Positions 25,601-34,349 of a stretch of DNA of 44,926 nt are shown here, piece after piece. The stretch is taken from the IMG/VR virus record IMGVR_UViG_3300045119_000122, positions 1-44,926 of that record, one strand, 5' to 3'. Made by a program: the position numbers and the translations under genes. Numbering within the stretch: the stretch's first letter is position 1; each line of letters starts with the position of its first letter. The notes under the pieces are model-generated. The model had not been told where the DNA came from and made no database searches. It saw only the letters and a list, made by a program, of their open reading frames with translations. The stretch comes from a virus.

Positions 25601-27458
25601 GCTCGTGCCCAGCTTCATCAGATACTTTAGTAGTATCGTAGGTAGCCTTTGCAAATCTAGGTTTCAAATGCAGGTCAGCCTCAGACACAGGCTTACCAAG
25701 AAAATCTGAAAGCTCCTTGGCATAGGATGCTTGAGCGTTAAAGTTAATTACCGGATCAGACGACTTGGCAGTGCCCTCAATAAAATCACGACGAACATTA
25801 CTTGCCAATTCCATAAAGTTAGTTGGATGTTTTAATTTCCGCTGTGCTTCAATTACTTCAGCTTGAGCTTCTTGGTAATACTTTTTAATCTGATCCTGCC
25901 CAACTAGCAATCTGTTATCCAGACTGTTTTTACTGCCGCCAATTGTGATTGAATCAGCTTTATCACGAATTGCTTTATCCAGCATTGGCAAATCATGAGT
26001 ACCAATAACTGAATTTTTATTCAATGGCAATGTGTTGCTGCGAGCATTGTACCAACGCAGTTCAACATCGTCAGCATTCTTAACTGTGCGAAAATCTACA
26101 CGATCGTTAACACTGGTTTTAATTTTAGCAGCTTTAGACTGAATCTGCTCAGGCTTAAATTTATCTGCCATCCGTGGAATACCCACAGTGCCACCAGAAG
26201 TTTCGCCAATGGTGCCAGAGTGCAATCTAATATTTACAAATCCTTCGTCATCAATTTGTTTAGCTGCTTGCAGTTTAGTTTTAGCAAGTCCCTGCTTAAC
26301 AAGATCTTTTACCCGAGTCTCGAAGGAGCTAGCCTCAGAAACGCGAGTAAGTGTTTTCATATTCTGAAAGGTTTCTTGAGTTCCTTTCGGTCCAAGTTTA
26401 GAAACAATGTCAGCAAAATCATTACCCAGTGCATCATCACCTGCCAGAGTCCGGACATGTGTCCTTACATCATTGTCAAGTTTCTGGATATTGTTTTTAC
26501 GAAGCGTGTTAATCTTAGTTGCTTCAGCCTGAATAGCCTCAGCTGTAAGACTCTCACCAGTTTCACCCTGCGCAATCTTAGCTGCCTTAACTTCCTCGAC
26601 TGTGATATCACGAGCCAGCAGTTGTTTATCATTTGCAGCTGCCACAATTTTATCTGAGATATTGGTCTCAGCTGTACTCGAACTCAACTGTGTAGAACTT
26701 ACTGCAGCTTTCTGTCGAAGATCTGCATTACCAAGAAGTTTCTTAACTCCGAAGTAAGTTCCAGCACCGGCGCCAATTGCGCCAATGCCGCCACCGATCA
26801 AGGTACCAAAACCAATATTCTTAACAATATCACTAAAATCCATACCCTCCATTACTGGAGACTTGAACATGGTGGCAGCTACAGCAGTTTCAAATGCAAG
26901 AGACTCAAGAATTCCTTGCTGTGTACCAGCGGCCAGAGCTTTCAATGCATTGGTGTTAGCAAAGCTAAAGCTAGCAGATTTGCCAGCCAAGTCAGCAGCT
27001 TCCCGCTTAACATATGTCTCCATTGTTGGAGCCAGCAGGTTAGTGGCGAAGCGGAGATTGCTCCCCACCTCACCGGTAGCTGCAGCACGTAATGCACCTT
27101 GACCTGCCTTAAGTGCCTTAACTCCAATCAACCCTGGAACCAAACTAGTGCCAACAAATCCTGCAAGATCCGCGGCAGATTTATTCTGCTCGTAATACTT
27201 GCCAAGATCATCATCATAGGAAGAGATTAATTCACCAGTATCGCTAGTATCAATCTGATTATCTTCATCCCTAAATACATTACCAATTGCAGCGCCAGTA
27301 TTATAAAATGAATTTAATCCTGATGCTACAGATACTGCCAGGAAACTGGGTACATTACCCAGAGTCTCAGCAATATCATCAAACACTGACGAGTTATCTG
27401 CTGCAACGTTGTGAGCATCCGCTGCTTGCAGAAAGTTAGGAGCTTCATCGAAATTCAT
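22629..27458 (-). CDS. Very large internal virion/ejection protein, 1609 aa
   Basis: Size and position (last gene of the late arm, after two other internal-protein-like genes) match T7 gp16-type core proteins. No catalytic motif recognised. Confidence 0.6.
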   Translation of the reverse strand: MNFDEAPNFLQAADAHNVAADNSSVFDDIAETLGNVPSFLAVSVASGLNSFYNTGAAIGNVFRDEDNQIDTSDTGELISSYDDDLGKYYEQNKSAADLAGFVGTSLVPGLIGVKALKAGQGALRAAATGEVGSNLRFATNLLAPTMETYVKREAADLAGKSASFSFANTNALKALAAGTQQGILESLAFETAVAATMFKSPVMEGMDFSDIVKNIGFGTLIGGGIGAIGAGAGTYFGVKKLLGNADLRQKAAVSSTQLSSSTAETNISDKIVAAANDKQLLARDITVEEVKAAKIAQGETGESLTAEAIQAEATKINTLRKNNIQKLDNDVRTHVRTLAGDDALGNDFADIVSKLGPKGTQETFQNMKTLTRVSEASSFETRVKDLVKQGLAKTKLQAAKQIDDEGFVNIRLHSGTIGETSGGTVGIPRMADKFKPEQIQSKAAKIKTSVNDRVDFRTVKNADDVELRWYNARSNTLPLNKNSVIGTHDLPMLDKAIRDKADSITIGGSKNSLDNRLLVGQDQIKKYYQEAQAEVIEAQRKLKHPTNFMELASNVRRDFIEGTAKSSDPVINFNAQASYAKELSDFLGKPVSEADLHLKPRFAKATYDTTKVSDEAGHELNGMALIKYREKVANEATNKVFVNYAGDLGLAFPEISEDLLRSANRTGTGAGVFTNAGGSYGSLEAMTSYIGNLTSELTRTKISQLTDMINPAALKLVENPQAAVKFSTINEIIANTPEKFVLSDAGHALIPQKIRDYQRALDAGESVKPVELAKGTPEEILLDSPELKQAVELHIALNGTRNQSWKELNAVQGNTDNKALDTWQVIRPNPRDYRYVAFVKDETLVGVGHTKMLFANSSKELEDQIAKVPSEYKVYTKGQSEEFYNARGEYIYDKTLHDNYIDHDLVSRGISSRFFPQTDPGKIVNGWLADHTAKENTLIKQMVLAKYEKETNELKRLGDQFTNVAGSKTGKDSVTDVVTSSDKNPYLAQVKAMLNITKIDEVPLLNTLNQSLDRYVSQAWDKATSIFTSQGGKFTPEKSEMINNVFEELGFKTAYYDAATNIMANSSVPRGTLTSFIRKSNAFLTTTVLRLDPFNALNNLLGNTVLFSAELKSLTGAIEKGSVEGAGQLAQIMKIGVPGVEGDLIKSPSKLIANSLARLHGEGREALLAEYKLRGLLPDLSDQYYKSLDAMTLTGKESIHDMSKKSEQLSAAWESFGKYGEKFTGNRWTEQFNRLITADVMKQITEVGVKAGVIDEKVGWAYVNTFVNRVNGVIRAAERPLMFQGPIGQAMGLFQSYQFNLMQQMFRYIGEGNGKAVAMAAGLQGSVYGASSLPGFNLINTSLVGNASGNPEHKDLYSATNTIFGKAGADWLMFGAPSNVLRASLFTRGDTNPRTWSIVPNPTNPGDIPFISAFAKVFGSTKQTLSDISGGAPVWNSFLNGVEHMGLSRPLAGMAQTARAFTNEDGKVTSTQANGTILGTNDLASWGTLTRLAGAKPIDEAITSNAYFRVQGYMAADREKRQRLGTALKLNLQGGGSVDSEQIGKFAQEYMEKGGRQTGFNSWFMEQYKNTDRSRAEALANGLNSPYSRYMQELLGGRDDLSNETANGF

Positions 27459-29170
27459 TTAGGAGTCCTCTGCAAAATAGATTCTGCCATTTTCTTAGAT
27501 TGCATAACTGTGAGAGCTAGAGTAACGTCAGTAGATTTTGTCAGATCCAAAGGTCTAGCAGCCTTAATTGATTGCTGGCGATTGGCAGCTTCAGCCCTAG
27601 CATTAAGTCCGCCACTGGCAATCTCGAGACTAGAGCCAAGAGAGTCAAAGAATCCACGCTTGAAACTTTGTACCGAGGTTCTATAACCTTGCTGCGGTGG
27701 AACACCTAACTGCAAGAATCCACCAGTAGCATTATTAATTCCTACAGCATTTTGATAAAAAGCGGCGATGCCATCACGTGCTTCAGAAAGAGATAGTTCG
27801 CCCGCTTGGAAAGCAGACACGCCAGCAGCAATAACAATATCTGGAGTCGGATTATTTTGACCGGTAGATACCAGGGTCTGCAATACTGTCTGCCCAAACT
27901 TAGTGTCTTTAAGACCATTAGGCTCTGCCAATACCACAGAGACAGGTGGTGCCTCATATGGATTCCCCTTGCCAGTCTGAATGTTAGACTGATAATTCAA
28001 TGCTGTAGCTTTTACAGACTCATTTACAATCTTGGCCTGAGCAGCTGTGTTCTTTTTAATATCGGATGTTGGGTTAAGTGCTTCTTTCTGAATTACAGCT
28101 GAAGCATTAGTTGCGCCCTCTTGCAAGATAGTTACTGCCGGCTTGTAAGAGTCTGGGAGTTTAGGAGTATCTTTCTGAATTACAGAGATTGTTTGTGCAG
28201 GTGAGTTACCAAACACACTCATCTCCCCTCCCATCAATCGCATACCAGAAGCTTCCTGCCTACGAATGTCGTCACCTAACTCACCGCCTTGAGTCAGTGT
28301 ACGACGTACAAATGTTTCATTTACTGGAGGCAAGCCAGCCTTAGTTCTGTATTCGTTAACTCGCGCAGTGGCATCGGTATATTCTTGATCTTCCAATTTA
28401 CCTTTCTTACGCTGTTCTTGCAAGGCTGCAAATTGTTCACGCCTTAGTGCAGCACCTTCCTGGTATCGAGCTTCATCAGTAATCTGCGAGTAAACTTGTA
28501 CCTGACGATTAAACTCTTGCGCACCATTCTGACGTAAGGCTTCCACCGCCTGAGCGCCATATTGCTTACCTGCGATTGCTTGCTTACTTGCCTCAGCCTG
28601 TGCAAGCAACTTGGTTGCCTCAGCAGTATTCTGGATAGAAGCCTGAGTGAGAGTTTCAGTAATAGCATTTTGAGTCTGGGCTGTAGACTGGGTAGTTGCA
28701 TTAAGTCCAGCGGCAGTTTTTTGCAAGGTATCAAACTTCTGAGCTTGAGCATCTCGTTCAGCCCTCGCACCATCACCATTAACAAGATCGTTAAGCCAGC
28801 CAATTGGATTGGATAGCAAGTCACTGTTAGATTCAATATCAGCCACCCGAGCTTGAGCATTGGTAAGAGCTACCGCAGTGGTCCGCATCTCCTGCCCAAT
28901 CTGGGTAATAATATCTGTTACATCTCCGACATTAGTTCCCAATGCATTAGCTGCTTGTACACGCTTTTGTTGAGTAGCAAGTTGTCCTTGCAATTCCACA
29001 AGCTGAGACTGTGCTTGTAGGTTGCCTGCTTGTTTAATATCTTCAGAAGCTTGTTGACTCAAATCTGCAGACTGGATATTCAAGTCCGCAATCTGAGAAG
29101 CTTGCTGGGCTTGAGTCGAGGACAACTGTGTAGCGCTACTAATGATACTTCCGAGATCAAACCCAGCCAT
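27455..29170 (-). CDS. Internal virion protein, Q/A-rich coiled coil, 571 aa
   Basis: Track ORF. ATGA coupling to the downstream gene. Composition and position. Confidence 0.55.
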   Translation of the reverse strand: MAGFDLGSIISSATQLSSTQAQQASQIADLNIQSADLSQQASEDIKQAGNLQAQSQLVELQGQLATQQKRVQAANALGTNVGDVTDIITQIGQEMRTTAVALTNAQARVADIESNSDLLSNPIGWLNDLVNGDGARAERDAQAQKFDTLQKTAAGLNATTQSTAQTQNAITETLTQASIQNTAEATKLLAQAEASKQAIAGKQYGAQAVEALRQNGAQEFNRQVQVYSQITDEARYQEGAALRREQFAALQEQRKKGKLEDQEYTDATARVNEYRTKAGLPPVNETFVRRTLTQGGELGDDIRRQEASGMRLMGGEMSVFGNSPAQTISVIQKDTPKLPDSYKPAVTILQEGATNASAVIQKEALNPTSDIKKNTAAQAKIVNESVKATALNYQSNIQTGKGNPYEAPPVSVVLAEPNGLKDTKFGQTVLQTLVSTGQNNPTPDIVIAAGVSAFQAGELSLSEARDGIAAFYQNAVGINNATGGFLQLGVPPQQGYRTSVQSFKRGFFDSLGSSLEIASGGLNARAEAANRQQSIKAARPLDLTKSTDVTLALTVMQSKKMAESILQRTPK

Positions 29171-29173
29171 GTT

Positions 29174-30340
29174 TCACACTCCTTTAACTTTAAAAATATT
29201 GTTACTTAGAATCGCTTTGCCCACCAATCCGCAGATTGGCTCGCCCAGGAACTTGGTAATAGTCCCAAGAGGATACCGCAAGTGATCAACAAAGGTGCCA
29301 GCAGAAGCAAGCAGGGCAGTACGACTACGAGCAACAGGTAAGCAGATTGCAGTCCAAGTTTCATCACCTTCTTCAATCTTTTCTGCAATTGCAATTGCCC
29401 AGGATTGATATCCAATTGTCACCTCCGCAGGAAGTGTGCTCAGGTATTTCTCTCCTTTAGCGTGAAGATCCTTATCCAGCAAGCCTCGATCTTTTAGTGC
29501 TGTGCAAATTACAGAACCACCAGAAGTACCACCACTACGACCACCACCGCCACCAGTACTGCCGCCTACCAGGCCACTAAGTGCAGAACCTAGCAATCCA
29601 CCTAATGCACCAAAACCGCTAAATCCTGCAGAAGTATTGCCAGTATCCAAGTCCATACCAAAGTTAATTCCTTTGGCATCTGGAACACTGGAACTGTCAT
29701 TAAAGCTTCCCAGTGTAGACGTATTAATTCCATAACCTTCAGCAGCATTAAATCCAGTACCGCCACCGCCTACAGTTCCTCCGAATCCACCATAACCGCC
29801 AAAGTCAATATTGTCCAGCAATCCCTTACCAGAGCCGCTACCAGAATCAGAGCCACTGAGATTGATTCCCAGAAGGTCAGTAATAGCGGATCCTACTGAG
29901 TTAGCACCAGATTCAATCAAAGGGCTAAGAACTTTAGACCCAAGATTAAGTGCCTGAGATGCAAGGAATGCACCGCCCAGAGTTGCTGCAGTAGTACCTA
30001 AACCTACCCCATCCTGCTTAGTGGTTTGAGTTTGTGGTGCAGTAGTAGTCACAGTTGGACTGCGAGCAAGTTCAGCTTTGTTAGCTGCTGTTGCATACAG
30101 TTGGCCAAGTAGAGAATCCTCAGTTGTAGAGTTATACAGCCCAGACTTACGGGCTGCACTGCCTACATCTTTTACTCCACCAGAGCCAGAAAGAATCTGA
30201 TTGAGAATTTCCTGAATTCCCTGATCCGAGACATTGGTTTGTTGTGTAGTAGTTCCACCACTGGTTTTAGTGGTAGAGCTTTTTCCTTGAATGCCACTAA
30301 TGATATTCATTAGCGCACTTAACTGATCAGCTGCTGCCAT
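29174..30340 (-). CDS. Gly/Ser-rich internal virion protein, 388 aa
   Basis: Track ORF. Long G-rich tracts. Position. Confidence 0.5.
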   Translation of the reverse strand: MAAADQLSALMNIISGIQGKSSTTKTSGGTTTQQTNVSDQGIQEILNQILSGSGGVKDVGSAARKSGLYNSTTEDSLLGQLYATAANKAELARSPTVTTTAPQTQTTKQDGVGLGTTAATLGGAFLASQALNLGSKVLSPLIESGANSVGSAITDLLGINLSGSDSGSGSGKGLLDNIDFGGYGGFGGTVGGGGTGFNAAEGYGINTSTLGSFNDSSSVPDAKGINFGMDLDTGNTSAGFSGFGALGGLLGSALSGLVGGSTGGGGGRSGGTSGGSVICTALKDRGLLDKDLHAKGEKYLSTLPAEVTIGYQSWAIAIAEKIEEGDETWTAICLPVARSRTALLASAGTFVDHLRYPLGTITKFLGEPICGLVGKAILSNNIFKVKGV

Positions 30341-30352
30341 GATTAAATCCTC

Positions 30353-30838
30353 TTAGGTTTCTGGATTAGCTGCAACCCAGGCTGCTTCTAATTGAGCTTT
30401 GCGATCGCTCCATACAGGTTTATTAATTCCTGTAATTCTGCGGTAAGTTGCTACACCTGCATGGATACGTCGATATTGCTCAGCATCTACATCTAAAATT
30501 AGCATAGCTTCGAATAGAACATTGTCAGCCTGCTCACGTGTAATCTTACATGGACGCCCATCTAGTGTCAAAGAAAGATATTCACAAAGAATGTCGTGCA
30601 CAATAGTTGCTGCACCATAACGACCCCAAGGAGGAATGATACTCCAGAGAATCCTCGGTACTGACGCACCATCTACCAGATATCCCCTTGGCACATCAAC
30701 CCACTTATTAGATCCTTTATCGCCAACATAGTATCTAAATCCTTTCATCACTCGCCAGAGATCTGTATCTAAGATCTTAGATTCTACCAGCGCATAAGAG
30801 GTCATAACCTCTCCAGAGAATCTAGTAAAATCGCTCAT
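30353..30838 (-). CDS. DUF1353-family protein
   Basis: LVDGASVPRILWSIIPPWGRYGAATIVHD matches the DUF1353 signature as I recall it. ATGA overlap with the peptidase gene. Confidence 0.6.
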   Translation of the reverse strand: MSDFTRFSGEVMTSYALVESKILDTDLWRVMKGFRYYVGDKGSNKWVDVPRGYLVDGASVPRILWSIIPPWGRYGAATIVHDILCEYLSLTLDGRPCKITREQADNVLFEAMLILDVDAEQYRRIHAGVATYRRITGINKPVWSDRKAQLEAAWVAANPET

Positions 30839-31278
30839 GCTATCCCCGGCTTATAGTTATCTTGTCCCAAAAATGTTAGCTCATTCCCTCTAGGTTTTTT
30901 ATCTTGTACAAATGAAATATGAATCCAGGTTTGCTCATAAATTAATTGGTCATAGCCAATTAGGCCTTTATGTTCCATTAAGATCTTACACACCTCTAAT
31001 GGTAGTCCAGACCGAGGGGCAGTAAAATCTACTGCTTCCCCTCGACTGTGTTGGCTGGTGCTGACTCCCCCGACAGCCTTATTTACCTCTGGCCCACGAA
31101 ACCAAGAGTTAATTTTAATTGGGTTATTACCTAGTACAGTGCGTACAATTTCCATTTTAGTTGCAGTGTATTTCATTCTGCCAAGCTGCACAGAATCAGG
31201 AATATTTTCAAGTCCCCTACTCACCGCGGTGGTTGAGAATGTAGCTTCATCTAATGTAAAGTGCTCTGACAAATTCAT
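30835..31278 (-). CDS. Peptidase M15 (LAS-type zinc peptidoglycan peptidase), putative endolysin
   Basis: SWFRGPEVNKAVGGVSTSQHSRGEAVDF (Hx6D) and a distal WIHISF histidine. Confidence 0.7.
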   Translation of the reverse strand: MNLSEHFTLDEATFSTTAVSRGLENIPDSVQLGRMKYTATKMEIVRTVLGNNPIKINSWFRGPEVNKAVGGVSTSQHSRGEAVDFTAPRSGLPLEVCKILMEHKGLIGYDQLIYEQTWIHISFVQDKKPRGNELTFLGQDNYKPGIA

Positions 31279-31288
31279 TGCTCACTCC

Positions 31289-31900
31289 TCAAGACCCTAG
31301 TAGAAATTGACCGAATAAGGCATATCCATTAACTGGGCAAGTAGCTACTGGCATTGGATATGCTGTACCTGCTCCAGTAGTTTTAGGTCCAGGATTACCA
31401 GTATACAATCCTGAATCACCAAACACATTTCCATTGGTTGCTCTAGAACTATATGCCCAAAGAAGTTGGCCAGATAACAGTCCAGGAAACTGTATGATTG
31501 CTGGACCAATGCCGACACGAAACGTAGTACCAGCTACTGCAGAAGTAAGTGCAATCCCACAGAAATTACTGTTTGGGGTAGATATTGCAAGACTGCTTGC
31601 TAAAGCTCCTAACAGCATTCCATTTGCAGTCGGGCTTGGCGACACTGGTTGCCCAACTGAAATATTTACAAGCGCTGTACCCGTATAAAATCTGTTGAAT
31701 GGCATAGAGTCTGAGGGAGCTGTACCAGCCCCACTGCCCCCTTCTGCTACCAAACGTAGATTATCTAAGTATTGATTTAAAATATGTATTGCATTATAGA
31801 CTTCTGTAAATTCATTAAACAGTATTGGATCTGTAGTTTGAGGAGTCTGTCCTAGACCTAGATCTACTGGTGAGCTGTATCCTCCAATTGAGCTAGACAT
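31289..31900 (-). CDS. Tail fibre-associated protein, paralog of 31910..32719
   Basis: Shares an N-terminal DPILxxEFxxVYNAxHIL and a C-terminal RVGIGPxxxQFxGxxSGQLxW with its neighbour. Confidence 0.55.
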   Translation of the reverse strand: MSSSIGGYSSPVDLGLGQTPQTTDPILFNEFTEVYNAIHILNQYLDNLRLVAEGGSGAGTAPSDSMPFNRFYTGTALVNISVGQPVSPSPTANGMLLGALASSLAISTPNSNFCGIALTSAVAGTTFRVGIGPAIIQFPGLLSGQLLWAYSSRATNGNVFGDSGLYTGNPGPKTTGAGTAYPMPVATCPVNGYALFGQFLLGS

Positions 31901-31909
31901 TAAAATCTC

Positions 31910-32719
31910 CTAGATAGTTCTGAGTGGGATTGGATCGGATCTTTTGTAATCCGAGAACATAACATAGTTATCAGTTACACACACACCAATTGGATATAGA
32001 AATGCTCTATCATATTGGTAGGTTCCCCCAGAGTTATTAGGATAGCCTGGTAACCAGTAACCTTCCCAGTTATAATAAGTAAAGGTTGGATTAGGAATAT
32101 AATATTGAGCGGTTACATTTTGTAAATATACTCCACCATTATTAACTAAGTGCCTAACACCGCTGTAAATTTGTGTTGAATTATTAGCGGCTCGCTCAGT
32201 ATAAACGGATTGAGCATCTACTCCCCAAATAAGCTGACCTGACTTAGCCCCAGAAAATTGCAGAACTCCTGGCCCAATGCCAACTCTCACAGGCTCACCC
32301 GGGTTAGCAGCGGTTAGTGCAATACCAAAAGATATTGGAACTAGGTTAAAAAATGCACGATTTCCTGTAGAACCTATAGTTATTGCAGAGTCTTCATAAC
32401 CTCCAATAGGAGGACCTTTACTGTATACTCCATTAAATACTGCACCGTCAAAGCAACTAACTACAGCACCTACTGCAATCGCTTGACCGGCCGGTGCCCA
32501 AAACGTTCTGCGGAATCTAACACTCTCTGCTGGAGTTTGACCATCTGAAGATTCTAAAGTTTCTCGTAGAATTGCCATGTAACTAGAAAGTATGTGAAGT
32601 GCATTGTATACTTGCTGAAATTCTACAGCTAAAATTGGGTCATCAATATTGGGTGATTCCCCTAGTTTTATATCTAGGGGAGTACCTGCTTTACCAATTA
32701 CTCCGCCAGTGGTTGCCAT
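31910..32719 (-). CDS. Tail fibre-associated protein, paralog of 31289..31900
   Basis: Same shared motifs as its neighbour, plus an extra Y/N/G-rich C-terminal extension. Confidence 0.55.
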   Translation of the reverse strand: MATTGGVIGKAGTPLDIKLGESPNIDDPILAVEFQQVYNALHILSSYMAILRETLESSDGQTPAESVRFRRTFWAPAGQAIAVGAVVSCFDGAVFNGVYSKGPPIGGYEDSAITIGSTGNRAFFNLVPISFGIALTAANPGEPVRVGIGPGVLQFSGAKSGQLIWGVDAQSVYTERAANNSTQIYSGVRHLVNNGGVYLQNVTAQYYIPNPTFTYYNWEGYWLPGYPNNSGGTYQYDRAFLYPIGVCVTDNYVMFSDYKRSDPIPLRTI

Positions 32720-32726
32720 GAATCAC

Positions 32727-34319
32727 CTATGAATTTGGATTGCCAACAAGACTGAACCACCCAATAGTGGAATTTATATTAAAAGTTCCTTTAAACAGCC
32801 AAGATACGTTCACACCAATTGCGCCATCCCAGCTAAATTTCCTGTAGTTTTCCGAAGTTTCAAGAAGGTAACCGGGAACTGCTGTACCAAAGTTCTTGCC
32901 ATTTAAACTTGGTAAAGCCAGTGCAGAGAAGTCATCACCAACTTCAACATTCTCAACTTCGAGGAAATTAAGCTCAAGTAATTTTTGTCTAACATATTGA
33001 AACTTGCCCATAATTAAAACAGAGTCTGACGCTGCCTGCATCAAGCTAAAATCTACAACTTTAACTGTGCCATCTTTCTGCAGAAAAGCTAGTGAGTCTC
33101 TGGGTAACTCAGTCACTTGAGAGTTTAAGGATCTAAGTTCAAAGCAAGACGTGTGAGTAATTTTTAATTTACCCATACGAGTTTGAGCTAGATCCAGTAC
33201 AAGCGCATGCGTAAGATCTCCAGTAGGAGTCATACCATATGAAATTACTACATACCTATCTGCAACAACTGCAAGTTTCTTTCTCATCACCCAATCAAAT
33301 TTGGTTGATGTAAACGTATTAGTTGTTGAATTGAAATCCTCAAAAGTGTTACCAGCAATAAAATCGGTAATATTTGGAACCACCGTATTACAACGTTGAT
33401 GCGCTACTTGTTGCATCCCATTGGTACTATACACTTGTTGATAGCCTGCAGCTTGCTGTTGAGAAACTACATCAACACTGGAGATACCACCAGAAGCTGG
33501 AATAGCTTTAAAGTTCCAAGGGAATGAAGAGTTGCCAGAATAAATCGAAGATACTGCATTTTCTTTTGTGTACAAAATATACCCTAGGGATGTAGCTACT
33601 GCAGTTACAATATCACCCCTGGCTTCCTGTACTTGGCCACCACCTGCACCAGATGTGTCAGATGGGACAAAGTCTTCAACATTGACTGTGCTGGACCAAG
33701 CTACAGCCTTAGCTGTAAAAGCATTAAGATATCCATTAGCGGCTACAATTCCAATAATCTCAATAGGTACAAGTCCTGCTAAAGATCGTGCGATTAATGT
33801 GTTAGTTGTGTTGTCGTAAATATAGCAACCAACATTAGAGAAATAAATATATGAAACACCGTTAATAGTTGCTACAGATATTACACAACCTGCTGGAATG
33901 TTTGGTGCATTCAAGGCTGCTATCCAAGTACCGGTTACAGAATTAATTACCCAAACTTTATTAGCTCCTACTCCTGTAATTGATATATAAGTTTTTACTC
34001 CTGTGCCAACAAGCGATCCTCCAGATACTACTTGACCTCCATAAATTAATTCAGTTCTTTCAAAATCCAATCCAGTAGTATCTGGAGCATTAAATGCTTG
34101 AGCGTATGTTACTGATTGCCAGCCATAAGTACTTGGCATAACATTGTGGCAATAAAAAATACTTGGCACTCCAGTATCTACTGGACTTTGCCCATCAGCT
34201 GACATAAATCTTTGGTAAGTATTATCTGTTTGTGGATTTATGACAGTGCGCCCAGACAGCTCAGAGAGCAATGGGAATGTCATGGATTGCAAGTTTGCTC
34301 TGTAAGGTATCTGGGACAC
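32727..34319 (-). CDS. Tail structural protein, 530 aa (possibly nozzle/tail tubular B-like)
   Basis: Position and size only. Confidence 0.4.
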   Translation of the reverse strand: MSQIPYRANLQSMTFPLLSELSGRTVINPQTDNTYQRFMSADGQSPVDTGVPSIFYCHNVMPSTYGWQSVTYAQAFNAPDTTGLDFERTELIYGGQVVSGGSLVGTGVKTYISITGVGANKVWVINSVTGTWIAALNAPNIPAGCVISVATINGVSYIYFSNVGCYIYDNTTNTLIARSLAGLVPIEIIGIVAANGYLNAFTAKAVAWSSTVNVEDFVPSDTSGAGGGQVQEARGDIVTAVATSLGYILYTKENAVSSIYSGNSSFPWNFKAIPASGGISSVDVVSQQQAAGYQQVYSTNGMQQVAHQRCNTVVPNITDFIAGNTFEDFNSTTNTFTSTKFDWVMRKKLAVVADRYVVISYGMTPTGDLTHALVLDLAQTRMGKLKITHTSCFELRSLNSQVTELPRDSLAFLQKDGTVKVVDFSLMQAASDSVLIMGKFQYVRQKLLELNFLEVENVEVGDDFSALALPSLNGKNFGTAVPGYLLETSENYRKFSWDGAIGVNVSWLFKGTFNINSTIGWFSLVGNPNS

Positions 34320-34349
34320 TGTTAATACTCCATAGATTAAATTAAACTT

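Noticed and set aside
28444-28860. Alternative-frame minus ORF of 138 aa inside the 571-aa internal protein gene
   Set aside because: The Leu/Arg-rich product is typical of the shifted frame of a Gln/Ala-rich gene. There is no SD.
30401-30408. GCGATCGC (the cyanobacterial HIP1 palindrome) as a host indicator
   Set aside because: There is only one exact copy in 44.8 kb, which is too few to support any host inference.
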